A DNA stretch of 63,367 nt, counting the filler, from Rhabdomonas costata (Eukaryota), in the NCBI GenBank assembly GCA_019059605.1. It is 38 parts of 38 records of this genome, joined end to end, with 100 filler letters (N's around TTAATTAATTAA, not from the genome) between each part and the next. Parts side by side here need not be neighbours in the genome. Positions count along the whole stretch, not along the records: positions 25,048 to 26,617 come from JAHMHO010012838.1; positions 26,718 to 28,287 come from JAHMHO010012839.1; positions 28,388 to 29,957 come from JAHMHO010012840.1; positions 30,058 to 31,627 come from JAHMHO010012841.1; positions 31,728 to 33,297 come from JAHMHO010012842.1; positions 33,398 to 34,966 come from JAHMHO010012843.1; positions 35,067 to 36,636 come from JAHMHO010012844.1; positions 36,737 to 38,305 come from JAHMHO010012845.1; 30 more parts are not named here. The stretch is one strand, 5' to 3'. The position numbers were made by a program, and so were the translations under genes. The notes below the pieces were generated by a model that made no database searches, had not been told where the DNA came from, and saw only the letters and a program-made list of their open reading frames with translations. This document shows, piece after piece, positions 25,884 through 38,405 of this stretch (position 1 is its first letter; each line of letters starts with the position of its first letter).

Positions 25884-26617
25884 ATGGCGGAAATGGAGTT
25901 GCCACCACCTCCGCCATTGCGGGCGCCGCGTGACCTAACCATCGACACCAATGTAGCTGAGGTGGAGGCTCCCCCTGCGAATTCGGCGCGAACTCCTCGG
26001 ATTATGATCAATGGGGCCTCCCTAAACGTCCGGGAGGTTGGGCTGTGCGTATCTTTTGTTCGCTCTCGTGTTTTGACATGCGTTATTTCAATGGTCAAGG
26101 AGCGTTGGTGCCCCATGCTTAGACATTGTTGTTAGTTGTTTCTACGAAAGCTCTCCCATTGAGATGGTGGTGCCCATCGTTTCATCACTTTACGTTACCG
26201 TAAAAATCAAGATCGACCACGCCGCATGAGTTGGTCATGTTGCACCCACCAATTTGGCTTTCTCGCAGATTTTGATGCACAACAATGTATGTGTGTGGGT
26301 GGGTTGCCAGATGCTCTTGGTTAATTTTGTAAGGGCGTCCGCCCAGCAAAAATAGCGCGATCCGCGACCCTGAGGTGCGGCCTGGAAACTGCGGAGAAAC
26401 CTCGAAAGCCCGTTGGAGGCAGAAACACCTTCACCATAGCACTGCCTCGAGCACGCGAGGTCGGCGCAGGTGCATGCGTTTTGCAAAGGTGCTCGAGTCC
26501 CTGGCCGAATTCCGTGACGAAGAGGACCTGGAGCAGAGGGTCTCGGTGATTTTCAGCCGAGGACAGCCCCCCCAAGTCCCGCGGCGGGACTCCGCAACCC
26601 CTGTGCCGACCCCCACA
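25884..26617 (+). CDS. Hypothetical protein N-terminus, two exons
   Basis: ATG 25884 to 26036 (MAEMELPPPPP...SLNVRE|GT) and 26489 to contig end (VLESLAEFRDEEDLEQRVSVIF...), phase-0 GT-AG. Confidence 0.45.
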
Positions 26618-26737
26618 NNNNNNNNNNNNNNNNNNNNNNNNNNNNNNNNNNNNNNNNNNNNTTAATTAATTAANNNNNNNNNNNNNNNNNNNNNNNNNNN
26701 NNNNNNNNNNNNNNNNNGTTGGTGTTTACTCGCCCAC

Positions 26738-27130
26738 CTGAAGTGCAGCGAACTCGGAAAGCTCGCTCTGCTCGGCCAAGGAGCTGTTGGTCAAGTTGTC
26801 CAGCATCTGCAGAGTGTCCGAGGAAAGCTTTGATAGGATCGATTCAGAGCCGGTCTGGACCTCCAGCGTGGTCTCTTTCAAGATAGCTTGCAGTTCGCCT
26901 GTAACTTTATACGTGGAAGCAAGAAGCACTGCAGCCACCGACGCCGCGGTAACCACCACAACCAGAGCAAACCAAAAAACGATGCACATCCGGATGGAGA
27001 GGAGCCTTGGGGGTCGCTCTTCTGGAACGGAGATGCTGGTTAGGCGGGGTAAACGACTTGTAACAAGGGGATGAGGGCTCTGCATTCCGGATTCAAGAAC
27101 GGGTTCCATCTCCCCAGTAGAAGCGGGCAT
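26738..27130 (-). CDS. Membrane receptor N-terminal exon (cytosolic leader, TM, long helix)
   Basis: MPASTGEMEP...LLSIRMCIVFWFALVVVVTAASVAAVLLAS followed by an amphipathic helix, ending at CAG|GTGGGC. Layout resembles the sensor ORF at 2315. Confidence 0.55.
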
Positions 27131-28387
27131 ATCGAATTCACCACAGAAAAAATGAGTTGGCGCAGAGAAAAAACACTGCAGAAAAGAGAACCTTTCAAAA
27201 CAAGCGCCCTCTTTCTCCTTGAAGCTGAAAAAGAAGGGGCTTGAATGGTTTGCTTGCACGTGCCGGGGCCCCGGCAGCTCAAATATTTCCTTGCTTCTCA
27301 GAGTTCTACTATTTTGTGCGCTTTCTCACCGCTGAAAAAGAAGGGGCTCGAGTCCTGTTCGACCACCAGGCGCAGGCGGTGACCCTATCATAATACCGTT
27401 CTGATATTAGTGTTCGCTTTCTGTCTCATATTGGGCCATCAGGTCAACGCGATGAGCAACATTTGTCACGAGTCAGAACGCGCTCCGCAATGGGAGGAGG
27501 GACTTTATGACAGAATTTCGAGGTGAATTATACGCGACCTTGCCTGGCTACGTCAATAATTTTGCAAATTTTCGTCTGCATTTCGCTTAAAAACCTCTCA
27601 AGATATGCCGCGAATCACGTCACAAGAGTTTTTGGGGAATCTTGATGGTGATAGAATGGTAGAATGCCGGTTTCATTATACAGTAAGAATATAGTCTCTA
27701 AAACGAATGGCAGAACAAAAGCAGCTGCTGCTCAGGACCAAGTTTCTGTTGATCAGCCACTTAGCTTATCTCAGCCTCAGTAAGTTTATTGAGTGTGAGT
27801 CCGAAAAGAAAATAATTTTAACGGACAGTGAGTCCCGTCACCAAAAAAAAAAAGATAGGCTGGCCAGCCAGATTTGGTGCATCCATGGCTTTGGGGCTGC
27901 AGCGAACACTGCACAGTCACTGCACAATGTGGATGCCGTGGAGGCAGAATGCATCGGTGGCATAGTCCACATCAAAGTTGCCACCTTACAGACCCCTGAC
28001 AAACCAAAAAGCTTGCACCGGGCAATGTACTCTGCAAACCCCATCGCGCCTGAATGCAAGTCGTCAGCGCAACTGGATCAATGTTGCAAAAGCACCACCA
28101 AGTGAAACGAATGTCACGGAAGATATGGAAAAGCACACGCACCCCGTGCACGTGCTAAGACCCAGACGACACCGCACCCGGCAACACCGTAATGTGCGGA
28201 TGCTTCGCTTCGCAGTGAAAAGGCACAGATGTAAACGGCTTCATCTCTCCTCTGAGTGAGGAAGTAGTTGCATCTCCACACCCCACCNNNNNNNNNNNNN
28301 NNNNNNNNNNNNNNNNNNNNNNNNNNNNNNNTTAATTAATTAANNNNNNNNNNNNNNNNNNNNNNNNNNNNNNNNNNNNNNNNNNNN

Positions 28388-29259
<872 letters not shown>

Positions 29260-30636
29260 CTGGAAAAAAAGCAAAAGGGGAAAAACAAACAAAGCTAAAG
29301 TGGGCAAAACCGCTCCAATGGACCCTGTTATTTCATGGGCTCTTTCAGAAAACCATTATTCTTCTTTTGTGGCTTTGTCCTGTCCAATTATGGCACCCTC
29401 TTGCAGCGATGGCATAACCAGTGACAAAAAACTCTTTGCACGTTATGCTAAGCGTTAGTGGAGCGGAGCGTGGCGGTGGCGGTGGAAACACATGCGGGAA
29501 AATGTATCAGGGAAATCCGCAGCTAGGGGTGCGATTCGCTGGTGCCACGGACGACCACCTTTCCTCTCCTTTCGGCGAGGAGCGCTGTGCGGTTCAGCTA
29601 CTGAGACAGTGGCGCTACTCTTGTGAGGTTTTTGCCGCGCTGCTCCGTTTTAGTTCTTCTCCCCTCTTTGTCACACTGCTCCGTTGTGGCACTCCGATGG
29701 CCTGAACTCAGTACAGCGGGAGGCTCACAGCAGCGGCAGTCGTGCACTGAATTTCTCGAAACCTGACCGTTTCCTTCGGAAACTTTCGTTTCCCGGGGCC
29801 CAGGAGAAGGCAACAAGAGGAAAGGCACACAACTGTTTTCATTTTCACAACCAAAAATTTCATTTTCACAACCAAGGTGGGTTGTGTACAGCGTTGGGGC
29901 CGTGGCAGTTCACAGACTGCGAAACCGTCAAGAAGAAAGGGAGCGAGAAGAAAGAAANNNNNNNNNNNNNNNNNNNNNNNNNNNNNNNNNNNNNNNNNNN
30001 NTTAATTAATTAANNNNNNNNNNNNNNNNNNNNNNNNNNNNNNNNNNNNNNNNNNNNTGTGTTTGTGGACCACATGTTTCCCCCCGCGGCGGCTTGTCAG
30101 CAGCCACGGGGGGAAACATGTGGTCCACAAACTGCGCGCCATAGATGAGCGAAGAAATTTACACACACCAGGTCCTGCCGCAAGAGTCTTCGCTGCTCAA
30201 GTTGTAAAGTGAATGAATGAACAGCCATCACCTATGTTTGCCGGTCTCAGGAGTCCTAGTGAGTTGCTGAGGGCATTTTTTTAAGTCTGGAATCCCCACA
30301 GCACTGTAACAGAGAGAGAAGGTGAGCCAGTCCATGTCAACTGGGTACTGTCCCTATCCAGCTTTTAGGGACAGGTCGACTGGGCACATCAGCTCACAAT
30401 GTGAAGATCTACACTGAGAAGGCGTCGCTCACAATAACCTGATTACCCTGATTACCAGTGAAAGGATGAGCAGCAAATGCACCGAATTATATGCGCAAAT
30501 TACTGGCTGAGAGCTGATATGCACCCCTCAAACACATCCGCCCATCCCTGCCATTGCTTTTCAGAGCTGTTCAGAGCTGCATTGGTTCCGAATTACATGA
30601 TAGCATTGGTAGTTAGTATTTCCTCCGGTGCGGCAG

Positions 30637-30756
30637 GTCATTTGGAAGAAGCCAGAGGAGTTCAAGATCACCGCTCTGCAGATGGTGATGGCTGCCTTTC
30701 CACAGAACCCGTTCTATGCCGGCTTTGGCAACCGGGCAAACGACACCGTGTCGTAC
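30637..30756 (+). CDS. LPIN: Next lipin LNS2 exon, on the opposite strand
   Basis: CAG|VIWKKPEEFKITALQMVMAAFPQNPFYAGFGNRANDTVSY is the direct continuation of ...AFKRE (lipin REVI.KKPE.FKI..L...PFYA.FGNR..D..SY). Confidence 0.9.
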
Positions 30757-30858
30757 GGGGACGGTTCACAAAAGGGCAGAATAGTCTTTGATCTTTCACT
30801 TCAGATAACTGAGTCGTGAAGCCACTATATCAGTATATGATGTTATCCTGTTAGTGAC

Positions 30859-31568
30859 CTCCCGCTTGAAGGCGTCAAACAGGCGGCCGGGGAACACGAG
30901 CACAGGTCCTGGGGGCAGCTTCTTGTCGTCCTGCTTCACACTCTCTAGAAAGCTCCGCGTAGACGCGACCTGTGCGAACAAAAACAATGTCATCGGGGTG
31001 GACAGGGGTACGCTAAACGACACGCAAAATACTCTTGAGGGGAACGTTTCCAATAGAGACCATCGATTGCCAGAAATATGTCAGTATAAAGTTACACTGC
31101 GAAGAAGCCAAAGATAATCTGAACTCTAAGCACAGAAGAAAAGCGAAGGGAGAGCTGAAATACCGTAAATTCATTGATAACAAAGACCTAATCCAACTGC
31201 TCGGAATTTAAAGGATAACAAGAGTCTAAAAACGAAGCAAAACGAGCACCCAGCAGACAGTCCTTAACCGCAAAGAAAAGGGAAATATTCGGACGTTTCA
31301 AAAACATCACTGAAAAATTTTCAGTGAAGCAAGAAGTGCCTTCCTGCGTTTGTTACTGCTTTCCCAAAGGCAGCGTTGCGAAGCTCCGCCACTTGGGTCT
31401 CCTCTCTCTTGGGCAACCACACCTGAGAGACGCTGCGGCTGCTGAGGTAAAGCAGCTTGTAGCCATTTTCGTAGATCCGGGTGTACAGGGCACAAATCCC
31501 GTAGTGGGACCAGTCCAGACCCACCTTGGGCAACAGCTGCCCCAGGACGTCCGACTTAGATATCGTTC
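30859..31568 (-). CDS. LPIN: Lipin/Pah1 phosphatidate phosphatase LNS2 domain, two exons
   Basis: Exons 31568-31423 (GTISKSDVLGQLLPKVGLDWSHYGICALYTRIYENGYKLLYLSSRSVSQ) and 30969-30859 (VASTRSFLESVKQDDKKLPPGPVLVFPGRLFDAFKRE) match DIDGTIT.SD.LG...DW.H.G...NGY..LYLSAR...LP.GP. Confidence 0.93.
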
Positions 31569-33586
31569 CTTCCATTAAAAAGCAGGAGCGGAAGAAGAAA
31601 GCGCAGCAATCTGGAAAACCCAAACAANNNNNNNNNNNNNNNNNNNNNNNNNNNNNNNNNNNNNNNNNNNNTTAATTAATTAANNNNNNNNNNNNNNNNN
31701 NNNNNNNNNNNNNNNNNNNNNNNNNNNGTGGGGTTGGTGCATCCCCTGCAGCTGTAGGCGGACTTTGGTAAGGACTGCGGGGCAGTGGACGCTCGCCTAG
31801 AGCAACAGAATGACGAGCAGTTCCTCGTCCGCTGCCACAGTGCCTGCGTGCGCTTCGCCTCGGTGGTCGGGGAGACAACAGGAGGGTGCTGCCCGTCCTC
31901 CTCTGGCTTCTTGAGGAACCGGGCGTACCGCTCGAGGCACCCAGGCTCCGGCCGCTTGGTGTACTCGGACCTTTGGTGCCGAGTGTTCGTGGTTGTCGCC
32001 AAAGCAGTGGGGCGTCAGCTGGGTTGCGCGGTGGTCCACGACAGCCTTAATCTGTAATGGCCCCGTAACCCCTCCATCCACGATGCTCACCAGTTTTAGG
32101 CGTAGATGTACAGTGTCTTGTAGTTATACGTTCTGATTTTCTTGTTTAACTTCCTTCCTCCGCACCCGATCCCCACATTTGCCTGTTTGTTTTCTTCACA
32201 GGTTCCATCCCTGCTACTGGTTCCACACGACACTTTGCATTACCCAAGTGCCATATTCCGCGCCCCTTTCCATCCCGTCCTCTCACAAGCACGTTGTCCT
32301 TCTCCTCCAACTTCTCCTCCTTCTACATACTCCAATCCATCCCAGTCTTTCATCTGATCTGACCCCCATCCCACTTACCGCTACTCAACTTTTTTACGTA
32401 CCGTCACCTGCTGTTTTGGACTATCCTCCACACATTACATTTCTGACCCTCACATTCCTATCCTGCTTCAGTCTTTGAATTTTCATTAAATTTTTGCTCT
32501 ATCGTCATTTTTTCTTATGTGCTTAGTTCACCCCTGCTATATCTCGCGTTTTTTCCTGTAAATTGTTTGTTTTTGGTGTTGCACTCTTCCAGCACTATGG
32601 TTCCTTTGCTGCAGTGCCGTAAAATCATATAAACACCTCTCAAAACATCAGTGTTTGAAAAGCCGATGGTCGAATTTGGTCCAGATCGCCAAGTTGGTTG
32701 TTGTACCAGCGCGTTACATCGTTGATGGTGTAAGTTTGGCGGTTTTGTGGCTCTGAGTAGATGTTACGATGTGGTAGGGGCTGGTATCAACCCTGATTTG
32801 TCGGAAGCTGGTAAATGAATTGGAGCAAATTGGAGCCCTGGTTGGGGATAGGTTGAGCGGACGACTGGTGAGATCGGCTAAGAGGTCGGAGCTGAGCGGT
32901 TAGCCCACCGTGTGTAGTTCGCTCGCTGTGTACATCTTGACATTACTGGCAACGAAACTCGATGTCTCTTCAAGTGATTTATTCTCAGCGTGGTTCCGGT
33001 CGCTCATTAGTAGTGGGTATCACTGGGAGTGGTGAGGCAGGTTGTGTGAGTTGTGGGTGTGTGGTAGAAGAGTAAAAAAACTCGTGCGTGCTCCTGTTAG
33101 ACAACACCACAAATACCGGCAACTACTTAAAATTTTTACTCGCGTGTACTCGCACGCTCTATGGCGGTTAGGCTTGTGTGATCGACTCAGTGTCTGATCT
33201 TTGACTAAGAAAATTTGCTACCACTATTTTCTAGCGCCACAAAATCGCCAAACTTACACCATCAACGATGTAACGCGCTGGTACAACAACCCAAACCNNN
33301 NNNNNNNNNNNNNNNNNNNNNNNNNNNNNNNNNNNNNNNNNTTAATTAATTAANNNNNNNNNNNNNNNNNNNNNNNNNNNNNNNNNNNNNNNNNNNNGGT
33401 TGTTTGGCAAAGAAGGCTTGATTTGGTTTTTTAAACCTTAGGTAATATCCGCCCTTGTCTGGTAGATGGTGTCGTTATTACTATATCTTCGTTCCGAGTT
33501 ACTTCTACCCCCATCTGTGCAGTGGTGAGATATCACTCATCATGGCACACGGTTCGCCCCACCCCCACCCATGAAAAACACGGAAG

Positions 33587-34966
33587 GCTCTGTTTCCCCG
33601 CCACCGGATCACCGCGGGGTCCCCTCTGCTACACACGGTGGGGCTGCATCTTCGGCGGTGGTGTGCAGAGTGGGCCCTGGGGGGGCTGTCCTCGGTGTGT
33701 CTTTCCGGGGGCTGTGTCCCTGGGGAGGGGGAATTCAAGATGGCTCAACACATCCGCTGGCTTCTGGGCGGAAGCGGCGGCGCGACTTCCTCAGACACCT
33801 TTGCTCTGGTCAGCAACGACAGTGACTTGATCCTGATTGGTTGGACCCCTCCACCACCACCACCACCGCGCTCCTCCCATTCCCACGTAAGTCCCGATCT
33901 CCGCCTCCGTTCATTTCCCATCTCAAAACCCCAGTGCTGCCGTTCACCGCTACCGTTCACTTCCCCTATGCAATGCTCTCAGATGATTGCTTCCTCCCCA
34001 TTTCTTTCCGGGGTGCATCAACTGTAGTGGCTTTGCGCAGAAGTAATTCCAACACAGCAGAGTTGTTTTCTCAGACACCTCTTGGCGTCAGCGGAACAGA
34101 CTGATCTAGTACGATTGCTCTCTTCTAAACTTTGAAATTTGAGAACCATACATAAGCATTGGGATTTTTTGCTCATGTTCCTTCCATCTCTCACTCCTCC
34201 GTTCCCTAGATCTCGTCTCTTCCCCTGCTTGGCTTCTTTCTTTGCTTAGATGTGAAGCGTTCTCCCCCCGCTGGTTTGGCGTACCCCTCTGTTTACAATA
34301 AACCTCGCTGATCTTTTTTCAATTGTAAGTACTTGATTCAAGGTGCCCTTTTCGTCGCATTCGCCGTGACTTTGCGTTCGAATTTGCTGCCCTTATTTTC
34401 CTCCCAGGAATGGCCGCCAACCTCCCGACGAATATTTACGTCTGTGACCCGACACAGAGCTTTTACATCTCCCTTCCGGCGGTGTATTTCCAGTGGGTGC
34501 AGCCCGCCCCGAAACCTTCCACGGGCACCCCACCATTGGGGACTGGCCCCGTGACCACAGCAGGGCTCCTCCCGGGCACCCGGCTGGATTTCGTGGTGTG
34601 TTCCCTCCTCCGCGGCAACGACGTCCTCCCTGCTCTGCCGCACCTGAACCCCGACAAGCTGTGGCCCTCTTACTGCAGTCAGCGCCGCAAGGAGTCCAGC
34701 GGCCCCAAGCTCTTGGCACATGCCGAGGATGGCCTGGTCCACCTCAATGTGAAGCTTCTCGGGGCGGTGGTGCAGAGTGCCCTGGACATTGCCCAGTGCC
34801 CGAAGCACCGTCAAGGGTCCAGCCAAGGGTCCTCGAAGAAGGGTCCAGCGCAGGCCTTGCGGGTGGAGCGGTACATCCAGGCCCTGCTTTGGGCGCTGTC
34901 CTGCTTCGCGGCGGGGTGCTGCGTGGACTATTGGTTTCTCTACGAAGAGCCCGACCCACCAACCCC
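33587..34966 (+). CDS. XRN-family 5'-3' exoribonuclease (divergent), two exons
   Basis: Exon ~33587-33839 (FPRHRITAGSPLL...LSGGCVPGEGEFK...SNDSDLILIG) and exon 34408 to contig end (...RLDFVVCSLLRGNDVLPALP...YIQALLWALSCFAAGCCVDYWFLY). These are the XRN motifs ITPGT, PGEGEHK, D.DL, GNDFLP and Y..GL.W in order. The 5' boundary is uncertain. Confidence 0.85.
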
Positions 34967-37175
34967 NNNNNNNNNNNNNNNNNNNNNNNNNNNNNNNNNN
35001 NNNNNNNNNNTTAATTAATTAANNNNNNNNNNNNNNNNNNNNNNNNNNNNNNNNNNNNNNNNNNNNGCTGGCTGTTGCCTGGTTGACTGGTTCACTGGTT
35101 GGTGGTGACCACTGGGGATTGACTGGCCCACGCGCTGTTGGCCACGGGTGCTCGCGAGAGGTGCCGTGTGTGTGTGGGGGGGGGAATTTCTCGATGTATC
35201 GGTCCATTTTGAATGAGGGAGGAGGCACAGAAAAGACGAAAGAAAAACTGCAAAGCCACACGCTCCGGGTGCAAAGGGTCAAAAAAAAATGAAATTTTCG
35301 GGGGGGGGGTATGTGGTTCGAAAACTATAAATCTTCAATCTTCAATCTGTCTGGGACTTTTTCCATCATGCAGCCCACCTATGCAAACTTGGGGCTTGAA
35401 GGACCTACGGAGTCTTGGTTTCGTTTCGGGAACACAAACATTCTTGCAAACTAAACCCTCAACTTAATACGTTCGTACCTCACTTCGTTTCGTACCGGGA
35501 AAAGGGTGAGATACTTTGAAAAGAAGACATCAGACGGGCCCATACCTTCTGCAGGGCAGCCACGTAGGCTGCCCGTGCCCGCTGCTCCTGCTGTGCGACC
35601 TCAGGGGGGCAGCTGCCGCTTTCACCTCTCGGCTTGCCTTACAAAAAAAAAGCGACAACTCGGGTGCGCTTCGTGAAGGGCTTGCGTAACAGCCAAATGA
35701 GTGGCAAAAGAGGTCACATTGGATAAAATGGTGAAAGTAAATCCAGGGAGGTGTGCCTAGCAGTTCGGTGGGATTTTCCCCAGCGCGAGTACTTTTGCGC
35801 GATGGGCAAAGCAGGTGAGCTTTGCCACTGGTGTCCTCCTTGCTGAGAGTCTGCCATTTCCAGGCTCCTCCTTCACTTTTTGGCCCTGGCGGTGGCACAG
35901 AATTTGCTTCGGGGGGTGTTTAGGCTGCTTCGGCTTAGCCCTCTACTCGAACCCTTGTGTTTAGTGTACGTTATTTCGTGCTGCTGCTTTGAGTTCCTGT
36001 GGATCAGCGTTTCCCTCCAGCAACGATTCCCTTGCTGCAGTTTTCCACTGCTGTGTTCCCGCCTGTTCGCACGCTTCACTCAGCCCCCCCCCCATTCCCG
36101 CCTGTCCTGCTTCCTCCTTGGATCTTGGCCCTTTGTACATTTTGCTTGTCCTGATTATAGATAGTTAGTTTTTAGAGTTCCTTCTTAATCCAACACTTGC
36201 TTCCGGAGTTCGGGGGTTCCGAGCGTCGTCTAACTTCTCAGTGAGGTGTTCTTTGGTGTCCAGTGCAGCATAGTTTGGTGCCTTGTTCGTTCTAACGCTT
36301 ACCCAGGTGGTTCTCAAGGTCTCTCTCGCCCTGCACTCCTGTTAGTTTCTTTCCACTGACCCGAACCACCTTCCACCTGCTTTGCTGCCTCCCATTTCCC
36401 CAGTCACCTTTGTAGGACCATTTCCACTTACCTCTGTGTTTCGTGTCTTTCTATGTGCTCTTCTTGTCTCAAAAAACAGAGCTAAAACAACTGCAACCCC
36501 CTTCCCGCCATTTTCCGGGCTACTTCTGTTCGCGGTTTTTTCCAACCGCGCGGTGACCATTGCACAAAAAATTGTTTACATACCTTGAAAACCTATAAAT
36601 CAAGGCTTGGAATCTAACTTGCGGGGAACAAACACCNNNNNNNNNNNNNNNNNNNNNNNNNNNNNNNNNNNNNNNNNNNNTTAATTAATTAANNNNNNNN
36701 NNNNNNNNNNNNNNNNNNNNNNNNNNNNNNNNNNNNCCGCCCAAGTGCTGGAGGGAGAAATTTGGTCCAGCTGTATGGCGAAGGGAAGCAGTGATGACGA
36801 TTTTGGTTGGTGTCCTTTCTGGTGTTGGTCGCTGGTCAATGACAAGTAAAAAACAGTGAGGAAACAAATAAAGTGACAGTGGACCGGAATTGGGTGATGA
36901 ACCAATTCTACCGGGCATGGTCGTGGCAGGACTCCTTTCGTGACTGAACCTGGGTTAGGGGTTAGGATAGCCTGCCGTCCGTAGCTCCGTAGCTTTAGAG
37001 CCCGGGCTCAGCACCCTCCTGCGCAACACACCTTCAGTACCTTGGGTCCGTAAAATACACCGTAAGTGAGCCCCAAATGGCCCACTTACGCCAGAGCCCG
37101 AAATGCGACTACGCCAGAGCCTTTGCTGGTGGGGGGGTTTGCGTCGGTCAGAGGGAAGCCGGTTTGGGGGTTCAG

Positions 37176-37729
37176 GCTGCTGAGGCCAGCCGGTGCGTGG
37201 TTCTGGACAACATGGTACCCGACCCCAGCGACGTGGATGACAACTTGGGCACAGAGACCAAGGAAGAGTGCTCGAAGTACGGCGCCGTGGACCAGGTCCT
37301 CGTGAGTTCTCTCTGTCTCACCTTTTTGACCATCTTAAGACAAAGAGGAAAGATCACCCATGGGTCCTTTTTTAAGGTTGGGGATGGGTCCAATATCATT
37401 TCCGCACACGTTCACACGCGGGCCTTTTTGACAGGGTGATTTGTATCCCCAAACCCCAAGACTGGCTGCAAACTCCATCTGCTTGGTGGTGGTGATGGGC
37501 GGTGGTGGTGAGTATACGTGGTCCACGAAGCCATCTTTTGTTGGTTCATTGTATTCGAAGGGGGGTTCTGCTGGGTTTCCACCAAGCGTTTTCTGGGAGA
37601 GTGGTGATCAGGGTGGCTAAGCGGGGCTGCCCTCATATCTCTTCCCGCAGGTGCTCATTTACGACGAGGTGGACCCCAAAGGCGGCGCCCCTGTAGTGCG
37701 GGTGTTCGTGCTATTTTCAGAGCTATCCG
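37176..37729 (+). CDS. UHM-type RRM of a SPF45/RBM17- or PUF60-like splicing factor, two exons
   Basis: 37176-37295 (SRCVVLDNMVPDPSDVDDNLGTETKEECSKYGAVDQ) plus 37651-37729 (VLIYDEVDPKGGAPVVRVFVLFSELS) match V.L.NMV...VD..L..E.KEEC.KYG.V..V.I...VR.F..F. Confidence 0.88.
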
Positions 37730-38405
37730 GTGCGTGCTTCGAGTGTATGTATGCATGTGCTATGTACATCGCACGGAATGTTGGGTGTGAAGTTCAGCTG
37801 AGGGGGTTCTCTTTTTCTGCTCGTATTTATCCATCGCTTTATCCGGCGCATATGGTTATATGTGTGTGTCAGCATGGGTGGGGCGAGGCTGAGCAAGCGC
37901 CGCCGAGAGCTGTGCCTGCTCTAACCCGCAGTGGATCGTGTCACTGAATATATCAAGAATCTCCGCCCAGACCGAAGTAACGACCAGGAAGATGAAGAAA
38001 GCTCGAAAGCTCGAAAGCACCGACTGCATTGGGGGAAACACCCTTCAGTGATCCCCTTATCCGGCCTATAGGCCATTTGGAACAAAGTATGCCAGGGTGT
38101 CCCTATACCGGGAACTCGTCTGGGCCCATGGCAGGCCATGTGGCCATGTGACGACCCTTCCCCCCCCACACGCACAAGTGGGGGCGGGCTGTAGAAAGGT
38201 GCGAGTCTGTAGCTTTGCAGGCTAGGACACCTGGATTCATAAGGTCAAACTATTTCCATAGTCTATAGGCTGCCTATACTTCTTTGGACGCGTACCCCCA
38301 ACCCGNNNNNNNNNNNNNNNNNNNNNNNNNNNNNNNNNNNNNNNNNNNNTTAATTAATTAANNNNNNNNNNNNNNNNNNNNNNNNNNNNNNNNNNNNNNN
38401 NNNNN

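Noticed and set aside
30058-30132. 73-nt near-perfect hairpin as pre-miRNA or terminator
   Set aside because: It sits at the contig start with a perfect outer stem, the same pattern as the other fold-back artefacts.
33560-33600. Euglenid non-conventional intron boundary before the XRN exon
   Set aside because: The acceptor lacks a pyrimidine tract, but an in-frame AG exists at 33585-33586 and the upstream exon is absent, so terminal pairing cannot be shown. No non-conventional intron could be demonstrated anywhere in the window.
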